In this document: positions 18,532 to 26,100 of the stretch, in pieces | Position numbering within the stretch: the first letter of the stretch is position 1 | How the letters are laid out: every line of letters starts with the position of its first letter | NCBI RefSeq assembly: GCF_035285525.1 | Contig: NZ_JAYKGW010000034.1 | Span: 1 to 28,545 of the forward strand | DNA: 28,545 bases | Origin: Okeania sp. | Lineage (GTDB): Bacteria; Cyanobacteriota; Cyanobacteriia; Cyanobacteriales; Microcoleaceae | Direction of reading: 5' to 3' | Position numbers and translations under genes: made by a program | The notes under the pieces: model-generated | Database searches by the model: none | The model's input: the letters and a program-made list of their open reading frames with translations, nothing else | What the model was told of the DNA's origin: nothing

Positions 18532-19398
18532 ATGATGTCAAAAAATCATTGCCCTTTATGTCAGGCAGATAAATTTAACTACTACAAAACAGGGGATGAA
18601 TATTTATTAGCAAAATGTTCTGAATGTGGTATGGTATGGGATAATAATCCACCAGTAAATCCTCTTGCTATCTATCAAGAAGATTATTATAATAATGATT
18701 TCCCTAAAGGAGGATATTCTAATTATTTCCAAGGGATGAAAATTAATAGTCAGACTTTTCGTAAGCGTTTATTAAAAGCTGAGAAAAAACTTTCTGGAAA
18801 AGGTTTATTATTAGATGTTGGTTGTGCTTTAGGTGATTGTTTGCAGCAAGCAAAAGATTTAGGATGGGATAATCCTCAAGGTTTAGAAGTTTCTGAATAT
18901 GCGGTAAATTTTGCTAAAGGTAGAGGTTTATCTGTATATCAAGGAGATTTATTTAATCATAATTTTGCACCTAATTCTTTTGACTTGATTATGTTGCAAG
19001 ATATGATTGAACATACGACAAATCCTATGGCTCAGTTAACAGCAGCTTATCAACTTTTGAAACCTGGTGGATGGGTTTTTATTACTACTCCAAATGTGGG
19101 AGGATTTTGGCATAGATTATTGGGGTCTTTATGGTATCATTATAAGCCAACAGAACACTTGACATATTTTTCCCTAGATACGATAAAATTTGCTTTGGAA
19201 AAAAGTGGATTTTCTGATGTAGAATCAAAGCCAACCAATAATTTAATGAGTCTGGGATATATTTTGAATAGATTGAGGTATTATCAGGAGATTTTATTCT
19301 CTTTTTTACTTTCAATTTCTCAATTTATCAACCTAGATAAATTAGTCTTTAATTTATGGATAGGAGAATTAGAAGCTTGGGGGAGAAAAGACGGTTAA
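18532..19398 (+). CDS. Class I SAM-dependent methyltransferase with N-terminal CxxC...CxxC zinc ribbon
   Basis: HCPLCQ...CSECG zinc-ribbon pair. SAM motif I LLDVGCALGDCL, with a downstream acidic/loop motif (LIMLQDMIEH, LKPGGWVFITTPN). Confidence 0.87.
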   Translation: MMSKNHCPLCQADKFNYYKTGDEYLLAKCSECGMVWDNNPPVNPLAIYQEDYYNNDFPKGGYSNYFQGMKINSQTFRKRLLKAEKKLSGKGLLLDVGCALGDCLQQAKDLGWDNPQGLEVSEYAVNFAKGRGLSVYQGDLFNHNFAPNSFDLIMLQDMIEHTTNPMAQLTAAYQLLKPGGWVFITTPNVGGFWHRLLGSLWYHYKPTEHLTYFSLDTIKFALEKSGFSDVESKPTNNLMSLGYILNRLRYYQEILFSFLLSISQFINLDKLVFNLWIGELEAWGRKDG

Positions 19399-19415
19399 CA
19401 GCTTCTTATAGTTAA

Positions 19416-19458
19416 CAGTTATCAGTTATCAGTTATCAGCTTCTTCCTTCTTCCTTCT
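19416..19458. repeat. STRR-type tandem heptamers (CAGTTAT x3.4) followed by a CTTCTTC/CTTCCTT pyrimidine repeat, just after the methyltransferase stop
   Basis: cagttatcagttatcagttatcag cttcttccttcttccttc was read directly. Confidence 0.9.
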
Positions 19459-19478
19459 AACAACTGAGGTCAAAAAAA

Positions 19479-20024
19479 ATGAATGTAATTGTAACAAAAA
19501 TTCCTGAAGTATTGTTGATAGAGCCAAAAGTTTTCGGTGACGAACGTGGCTTTTTTATGGAGAGTTTTAATCAACGTAATTTTTCCGAAAAAACAGGAGT
19601 AAATCTGGAATTTGTACAAGATAATCACTCCCGTTCTCGCAAAGGAGTATTGCGAGGTTTACATTATCAAATTCAACAAGTTCAAGGTAAATTATTACGA
19701 GTAGTTGTAGGAGAAATATTTGATGTTGCTGTCGATATTAGAAAAAGTTCTCCTAGTTTTGGTAAGTGGGTAGGTTATCTTTTAAGTGCAGAAAATAAAC
19801 GACAACTTTGGGTTCCTCCTGGTTTTGCTCATGGTTTTTTAGTAGTGTCTGAAACTGCTGATGTTTTGTATAAGACTACTGATTATTATGCACCTCAATA
19901 TGAGCGTTCAATTATTTGGAATGATTCAGAAATTGGCATTGATTGGCCTTTGGATGGCATTGAAGTGAAATTATCTCAAAAAGATGAAGCTGGTACAACT
20001 TTGAGAGATGCTGATTTGTTTTAA
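19479..20024 (+). CDS. rfbC: dTDP-4-dehydrorhamnose 3,5-epimerase (RmlC/RfbC)
   Basis: Full-length cupin epimerase with canonical blocks: FGDERGFF.ESF, RGLHYQ, GKLLRVV.GEIFDVAVDIR..SP.FGKW, LWVPPGFAHGF, YKTTDYY.P..ER.I.WND. Confidence 0.95.
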   Translation: MNVIVTKIPEVLLIEPKVFGDERGFFMESFNQRNFSEKTGVNLEFVQDNHSRSRKGVLRGLHYQIQQVQGKLLRVVVGEIFDVAVDIRKSSPSFGKWVGYLLSAENKRQLWVPPGFAHGFLVVSETADVLYKTTDYYAPQYERSIIWNDSEIGIDWPLDGIEVKLSQKDEAGTTLRDADLF

Positions 20025-20145
20025 TAATATAATTCAAGATTCAGGAGTCATAAGTCAGAATATTATTTGCAAAAATTACTTACTATAATGATTATTTGGA
20101 GTTTAATTTTTCGTCATAACTTAATATTAAGACAGAATGAAAGTT

Positions 20146-20412
20146 GGTAAATTATCAAAGGGTAAAATTATCAAACCTCGAAAATTGAGAATTATGAATG
20201 TTGGGATAAACTTTCTAACTAAAGTAATTTTTGAGAGAGGGTAAAATTTTGCCTATATGCTGACTTAAAGACAGAAGGAAAATTGCCAAATTATCAAACT
20301 GTAAAATTATCAAAACTCAGAATTAATAATTTCTAAAATTTCGGCAAACTTTCTAGCTGAATATTTTCCAAAGAGGGTAAATTTTTGCCTATTTGTTGAG
20401 CTAAAGCGAGAA
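20146..20412. repeat. Imperfect tandem duplication (unit about 130-135 bp: 20146-20276 and 20285-20412) inside the rfbC-rfbD spacer, carrying four AAATTATCAAA boxes
   Basis: My alignment: ggtaaattatcaaagggtaaaattatcaaacctcgaaaattgagaatt...aaactttctaactaaagtaatttttgagagagggtaaaattttgcctatatgctgacttaaagacag versus gccaaattatcaaactgtaaaattatcaaaactcagaattaataatt...aaactttctagctgaatattttccaaagagggtaaatttttgcctatttgttgagctaaagcgag. Confidence 0.85.
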
Positions 20413-20527
20413 TTAAGAAATCTGGTTCTCTGAGCATTTTACAGCTAAAGTTATTTTTGATTTCATAACTTTATGAAATCAATAAAATCGAAAAATTAAA
20501 TTTAAACTAACTAACCAAAAATCACAA

Positions 20528-21409
20528 ATGAAAATATTATTAACAGGTATCAACGGACAACTAGGAAACCAACTACAACCCCTGCTCACAAAAGCAGGAG
20601 AAGTAACCGCAGTAGGACGAGAAAATTTAGACTTAGCCAACTCCAATGCCATCTCTCAAATTATAGAGCAAATTAAACCAGAACTAATTATTAATGCCGC
20701 GGCTTATACAGCAGTTGACAAGTCTGAAAATGAACCAGAATTAGCTAATTCTGTTAATAGTATCGCTCCTGGAATTATAGCAAAAGAGGCTAAAAAGTTA
20801 GGAGCAACTTTAATCCACATTTCTACCGACTATGTTTTTGATGGTACTCAAAGCACTCCCTACACAGAAACCGACCCCACAAACCCCCTCGGAACTTATG
20901 GTAAGTCTAAGTTGGCTGGAGAAGAAGCTATTCGAGAAACAGAGGCTAATCATATTATTATTAGAACAGCTTGGGTTTATGGAGTTTATGGAAAAGGTAA
21001 TTTTGTCAAAACTATGTTGCGAGTAGGTAAAGATAGAGAAGAATTAAGAGTAGTTTACGATCAGGTTGGTTGCCCAACTTGGACGGGAGATTTAGCAGAG
21101 GCGATCGCTCAATTTATTCCTCGTCTTAATGAGGAAACTTATGGAACTTATCATTATACAAATAGTGGAGCTATTAGTTGGTACGATTTTGCTATGGCTA
21201 TTTTTGAAGAAGCAAAACAACTGGGTTTTCCTTTGGAGGTAAAAAGGGTGGTTCCTATTACGACTGCGGAATATCCAACTCCAGCAAAACGCCCTGCTTT
21301 TTCAGTTTTAAATGGTGGGAAAATTGCCAAAGTTTTGGGAAATCATTCTCCTTATTGGAAAGATAGTTTGAGGCAAATGTTAAGACAGTTAGTTGCTGTA
21401 AATAATTAA
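20528..21409 (+). CDS. rfbD: dTDP-4-dehydrorhamnose reductase (RmlD/RfbD)
   Basis: LLTGINGQLG Rossmann motif, NAAAYTAVDK.E, STDYVFDG, YGKSKLAGE (YxxxK), RTAWVYG, and a C-terminal RP.FSVL block. Confidence 0.93.
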   Translation: MKILLTGINGQLGNQLQPLLTKAGEVTAVGRENLDLANSNAISQIIEQIKPELIINAAAYTAVDKSENEPELANSVNSIAPGIIAKEAKKLGATLIHISTDYVFDGTQSTPYTETDPTNPLGTYGKSKLAGEEAIRETEANHIIIRTAWVYGVYGKGNFVKTMLRVGKDREELRVVYDQVGCPTWTGDLAEAIAQFIPRLNEETYGTYHYTNSGAISWYDFAMAIFEEAKQLGFPLEVKRVVPITTAEYPTPAKRPAFSVLNGGKIAKVLGNHSPYWKDSLRQMLRQLVAVNN

Positions 21410-21753
21410 CAATTAGCTTTTTTTATTTTTGGGGTTTTGAGAAATTCTTTGATTGATTAAGTCATTCTTTACCTTCTCTTGAGTATAAAAATATTTTCTT
21501 GAGATTGATAGATACAAAATTTGACTTCAACAGACTATATCTATAGTCACCCAAAACTATGGCGCTATAGTTTTTATGTCTGAAAATCTATAGGTAGATT
21601 CAGCAATTAAAAGTTAATAATTACTTCTCCTTAAAAGTGAGAGAATCTATCAATAGAAAAGAAATATTATTTCCCTGTTTTCAATTCCCTCACGGTTTTA
21701 ACTAAAGGTAATTATTTATTAATTATCCATTATCAATTATCCATTATTAATTA

Positions 21754-22512
21754 ATGAATATTACTCCTTCTCCTTGGGTGAAAATATTTCAACCCATTTC
21801 TCAACCGACCCTGCGTTTATTCTGTTTTCACCCTTCCGCTTCTGGTGCTTCCTTGTTTCGCACCTGGGAAAAATACTTGCCTTCTAATATAGAGGTATGT
21901 GCTATACAACTACCAGGTAGAGAAACTAGAATTAAAGAACCTTTAATTACAAAATGGGATAAACTTTTACTTCCATTAATTCAAGCATTAAAACCCCTAA
22001 TTATAGAATATCCCTTTGTATTTTTCGGGCATAGTCTTGGTGTCGCCGTCTGTTTTGAAGTAGCTTGTCAATTACGAAAGGCAAAACTTCCAACTCCTAA
22101 ATGTCTATTTGTTTCAGGTCGTTATGCTCCTCACATTCTTGCTGATAACCCAGTTCATCAAAAGTCAGAACAAGTTTTAATGTCTAAATTTCGTGACTAC
22201 GGTGGTACTCCAGAAGCGGTGTTACAAAACCGAGACCTAATGGAATTATTTTTACCTATTTTACGAGCAGACCTGACTCTGCATGAAACATATATTGAAT
22301 CAGGTGAACCTCCTTTTGAGTTTCCCATAGTTGCTTTTAGGGGTAAAAATGATGGTGAAGTTAACTATCAAGAATTATTTGAATGGAATCATTATACTCT
22401 CGCTTCTTTTGACTTACATGAATTTCCAGGAGGTCATATGTTTTTCCAAAAGGAGCCAAAAGTTTTAATTGAGACAATTTTAAAGTTTGTTAGTTTAGGG
22501 AGTAGGGAGTAG
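21754..22512 (+). CDS. Type II thioesterase (alpha/beta hydrolase, GrsT/TycF-like family)
   Basis: LFCFHPSASGASLFRTW, QLPGRE.R, the nucleophile elbow FFGHSLG, LPILRADL, and the C-terminal FPGGHMFF histidine block. This is the typical layout of editing thioesterases that accompany PKS/NRPS systems. Confidence 0.84.
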   Translation: MNITPSPWVKIFQPISQPTLRLFCFHPSASGASLFRTWEKYLPSNIEVCAIQLPGRETRIKEPLITKWDKLLLPLIQALKPLIIEYPFVFFGHSLGVAVCFEVACQLRKAKLPTPKCLFVSGRYAPHILADNPVHQKSEQVLMSKFRDYGGTPEAVLQNRDLMELFLPILRADLTLHETYIESGEPPFEFPIVAFRGKNDGEVNYQELFEWNHYTLASFDLHEFPGGHMFFQKEPKVLIETILKFVSLGSRE

Positions 22513-22611
22513 CAAGAAGTAAAGAAGGAAAAAGTAAAGAACTGAAGAATAATTTAGTTATATAGGTGTGAAGGAATAGATGTTGAAAAAAAAGGAAAAA
22601 ATGATGGAGAT

Positions 22612-22716
22612 AGCTATTTCAAATTAATTCATACATCTGTGGCAAAATCGGTGTCTGACTCTGCCATTGCTATTTCAAATTAATTCATACATCTGTAGCA
22701 AAATTCATGTCTTGCT
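22612..22716 (+). repeat. Direct repeat (about 45-49 bp, period 56 bp) immediately upstream of the second membrane-protein gene
   Basis: agctatttcaaattaattcatacatctgtggcaaaatcggtgtctgac (22612-) versus tgctatttcaaattaattcatacatctgtagcaaaattcatgtcttgc (22668-). Confidence 0.9.
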
Positions 22717-24507
22717 TTGCGATTTATGTTAATCAAAAAAAAGTCAAAGATTACTTTTCTAATTATCACTACCATAGCAATTTTACTCCCAGCTTTCTAT
22801 ATACTTTTTATGATATCGAAAGCAGGAGAACTACTAAATTTTGATTATTGGTGGATGATTAAAAATATCTATTCTATAGATGGTTTTTCCAATAATATTT
22901 TTGACTGGATGTTTCGCGCCAACGAACATTTTGTCTTAATTCCTGCCATAATTTATGCCCTAAATATTATTCTTACCAAAGGTTCCAATATTGGGTTGTG
23001 TCTAGCGACATTTTTCCTAGCTTTTATTCAAGGAATTTTCTTAATTATATTAGTACCCAATACTCTCAAAAAATATCCGCCGATACTTTTATTATTAATT
23101 TTATTCATATCAATTTTTAACTTTACTCCCGCTGCTGCTCATAACTGGATGCGCGGATATAGTGGAGTACATTGGGTAATTGCTAATTTATTTGTTATTG
23201 CCTCAATATTTTGTGTTAAAAAATTACTAGAATCTCAACAAAATAGATTTGTTATTGCCAGTATAATATTCGGAATTTTAGGATGTATTAGTTATAGTAC
23301 CGCTCTAGGAGTTTTCCCGATATTATGTGCAGTTGCTATTCTCTATAAGTTGCCAAAAAAACTTACTATCTCTTATGTATTTGTTTCTGTTTTAGTAATA
23401 GGAACTTATTTCTTTACTTACACAACACCATCTCATCATCCGTCGTTATCTAAACTAAATTTTATTAATATAATTGCCTATGTTCCTGTTTATCTAGGAG
23501 CAATTTTTACTCATAATATTCCCATCGCTTCCGCAATAGGTTGGATAGGATTAATTTTAACAGGAATATTTTTTATTTATTGGTTATTTCTATCTTATCC
23601 GCAAAATTGGTTTCCTTGGTTATCCATAATAATTTATACTTTTGGAACTGCTTTAATGGCAGCAGTTAGTCGTTCTGGTTTTGGAATAGAACAAGCGATC
23701 GCTTCTCGTTATGCAACTCTACCTTCTCTATTTTGGTTAAGTCTAATTATCCTAATTTTTCTATGGTTAGAAAAACAGCAACTTCCCCCCAGAAAACAAT
23801 GGTATTTTGTTATGCCATTGGTGACAGTTTTAACAGTTTTAACTATATCAATGTATCAAGTAGGAACGGCAACTTTTAGAGAAATTGCTCATCGGGCAAC
23901 TTTTCAACCTTTAGTAGCATTATCGTTACAATTAGGAATTTCCGATCCGACTTTAATTAAGGAAAAAGTTGGCAACCGTCCTGCTGCTTTTTTAGGATTA
24001 GTTGATGCTTTAAAAGCTGATGGTTTAGTACCTTTTCATAGAGATATAAAACAGAATAATTTTTGTGCTAGTTTGGGTGAGAAAATTGACTCTAATTTAT
24101 TAAGTACTAAACTGCCAGAAAATTTTCAGGGATATTTTGATAATGTGACTAAATTTTCTCCGACTACAGCTAGAGTGAATGGATGGGTGAGTCAAGTTAA
24201 AGGTCAAAATTCAAAGGTCAAAAGTGAAGATAATTTTCCAATTAAATGTATTGTGATTTTGAATCAAGAAAATGTAGTTAAAGGTTTTGGGATGTTAGGT
24301 TTTCCTCGTGCTGATGTAGCAGAACTTTTAGGAGCAGAATATGAATTTTCAGGTTGGAAAGGATATATTGAAGTCAATGGTCAAAGGTCAAAAATCAACA
24401 GTGAAGAAAATATTTCAATCTCAGATAATGAAGTTTTAACAGCTTATGTGAAGTTGAAAAATCGCCAAAGTTGGATAGCTTTAACTAATCAATATAATTT
24501 TGATTAA
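22717..24507 (+). CDS. Polytopic membrane protein with C-terminal soluble domain; putative GT-C-type glycosyltransferase, paralogue of 15832-17718
   Basis: Multiple hydrophobic segments. The motif FDYWW follows TM1, and blocks are shared with the first paralogue (see that entry). The ORF-track start at 22717 is TTG. The ATG at 22726 (MLIKKKSK) is the more likely start. Confidence 0.72.
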   Translation: MRFMLIKKKSKITFLIITTIAILLPAFYILFMISKAGELLNFDYWWMIKNIYSIDGFSNNIFDWMFRANEHFVLIPAIIYALNIILTKGSNIGLCLATFFLAFIQGIFLIILVPNTLKKYPPILLLLILFISIFNFTPAAAHNWMRGYSGVHWVIANLFVIASIFCVKKLLESQQNRFVIASIIFGILGCISYSTALGVFPILCAVAILYKLPKKLTISYVFVSVLVIGTYFFTYTTPSHHPSLSKLNFINIIAYVPVYLGAIFTHNIPIASAIGWIGLILTGIFFIYWLFLSYPQNWFPWLSIIIYTFGTALMAAVSRSGFGIEQAIASRYATLPSLFWLSLIILIFLWLEKQQLPPRKQWYFVMPLVTVLTVLTISMYQVGTATFREIAHRATFQPLVALSLQLGISDPTLIKEKVGNRPAAFLGLVDALKADGLVPFHRDIKQNNFCASLGEKIDSNLLSTKLPENFQGYFDNVTKFSPTTARVNGWVSQVKGQNSKVKSEDNFPIKCIVILNQENVVKGFGMLGFPRADVAELLGAEYEFSGWKGYIEVNGQRSKINSEENISISDNEVLTAYVKLKNRQSWIALTNQYNFD

Positions 24508-24567
24508 TTTGATATATCTCAGAAAAAAGTCATTTATTCAAAAGTAAAAACAGGAAATTTTCAGAGA

Positions 24568-24781
24568 TTATGTGAAATTGAAAAATCGCCAAAATTAGAT
24601 AGTTATAACAGATAAAGGGGTGTATCTCAATATTTATTTGTAAAAATCTTTTTTCCTATTCCCTCCATACCTATTCTCAGTTAAGTGTTCCCTAAAAGTG
24701 ATGAATCTTAAGCTAGTTTATGTTAAATTAAAAAATTGTCAAGATTAGATAGCTTTAGCAAATCAACATAGTTTTAAATAA
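24568..24781 (+). repeat. Two decayed copies of the last ~40-64 nt of the preceding gene (24568-24604 and 24718-24781)
   Basis: Gene tail ttatgtgaagttgaaaaatcgccaaagttggatagctttaactaatcaatataattttgattaa versus ttatgtgaaattgaaaaatcgccaaaattagatagtt and ttatgttaaattaaaaaattgtcaagattagatagctttagcaaatcaacatagttttaaataa. Confidence 0.85.
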
Positions 24782-24942
24782 AACAGTGGGAACATCTTGC
24801 TCCCTTGCATTATGATTATATTTGTTAATGAAACAGTGGGAAACTATTCCTCCCTTACTAGATGTTGTTTGCTACTATTTGATACTGCTTTTTATTCTTT
24901 ACTATTCCCTGTTCCCAGCTAAGTGTTTCCTATAATTTAACC

Positions 24943-25905
24943 TTGAATAATAAATACCTCAGTTTTGTAATTCCAGTTTATAACGAAGAAGCCACAATCA
25001 AACCCTTGTTTGAGAGAATTTTAGATGTAATTAATTTAATAGAAATTGATAGTTATGAAATAATTTTTGTAGATGATGGAAGTAGCGATCGCTCTTGGAT
25101 AGAAATTAATGAATTAATCAAAAAATATCCCCATAAGATTAAAGGAATTAAACTAAGAAGAAACTTTGGAAAATCTTCTGCTTTATCTGCTGGATTTAAA
25201 AAGTCTAGAGGAAATATTATCTTTACTTTAGACGCAGACTTACAAGACGACCCTACCGAAATACCTAAATTTTTAGAGAAGTTAGAGTCAGGACATGATT
25301 TAGTTTGTGGATGGCGAAAAAATCGTAATGACCCTCTTTCTAAAACATTACCATCGAAATTATTTAATAGAGTTACATCCATTTTAACGGAGGTAAAATT
25401 ACATGACTTTAACTGTGGATTCAAAGCTTATAAAAAAGAAGTATTAGACTGTATAAAAGTTTATGGAGAATTACATCGTTATATTCCCGTATTAGCTCAT
25501 AGTTTAGGATTTAAAATTACTGAAGTACCTGTACAACATCATCGCCGAAAACAGGGAAAATCTAAATATGGTTTAGAACGTTATACCCGTGGATTTATTG
25601 ATTTATTAACAGTTTTAGCCACTACTCATTATTTACATAAACCAGGTCATTTGTTTGGAAGTTTAGGATTATTTTTTGGTGTCATAGGAATGACTTCTTT
25701 GGGTTATTTAACTATACTTTGGTTTATGGAAGTTCGACCTATAGGTACTCGACCTTTATTTTTGTTTGGAATTTTGTGTATTATTCTCTCTGTACAGTTA
25801 ATATCTTTGGGAATTTTGGCCGAATTAATTACTAAAAATGTAGATAATAATTATGTGGATAAACAGATTTGTGAAGTGGTAGAAATTCCCGAAAAAAATG
25901 GATAA
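24943..25905 (+). CDS. Polyisoprenyl-phosphate glycosyltransferase, GT2 family (GtrB/ArnC/DPM1-like), TTG start
   Basis: FVIPVYNEE, FVDDGSSD, LDADLQDDP (DxD region), NRNDPL..., FNCGFKAYKKEV, then two C-terminal TM helices (LFGSLGLFFGVIGMTSLGYLTILWF; LFLFGILCIILSVQLISLGILAELI). This is the GtrB-type architecture. No in-frame ATG lies near the conserved N-terminus. Confidence 0.9.
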   Translation: MNNKYLSFVIPVYNEEATIKPLFERILDVINLIEIDSYEIIFVDDGSSDRSWIEINELIKKYPHKIKGIKLRRNFGKSSALSAGFKKSRGNIIFTLDADLQDDPTEIPKFLEKLESGHDLVCGWRKNRNDPLSKTLPSKLFNRVTSILTEVKLHDFNCGFKAYKKEVLDCIKVYGELHRYIPVLAHSLGFKITEVPVQHHRRKQGKSKYGLERYTRGFIDLLTVLATTHYLHKPGHLFGSLGLFFGVIGMTSLGYLTILWFMEVRPIGTRPLFLFGILCIILSVQLISLGILAELITKNVDNNYVDKQICEVVEIPEKNG

Positions 25906-26039
25906 TTAGTTGGCCTCAAAACTATATCTCTGTGTTATCATAAAAATTAACAAAAGTCAAGCGTACAGACCATATTTTATCAGTGCGATTTTTCAGGAAC
26001 CGTGCATCCTGGTCTCGTCTTGATTGCCCTTAAAAAAAC

Positions 26040-26100
26040 GCAGTATTTTTAGTCCTCAGAAGAGGACTTGAAGCTCTGAGCCAAAAAATTTAATCTTTGG
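26040..26100. repeat. Solo copy of the IS200-end hairpin module (REP/PATE-like)
   Basis: cgcagtatttttagtcctcagaagaggacttgaagctctgagcc...aatttaatc aligns with 18405-18460 (ctaagtatttttagtcccttttcagggacttgagctttaagcc...gattttaatc). It sits between the convergent GT2 and HlyD genes. Confidence 0.7.
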
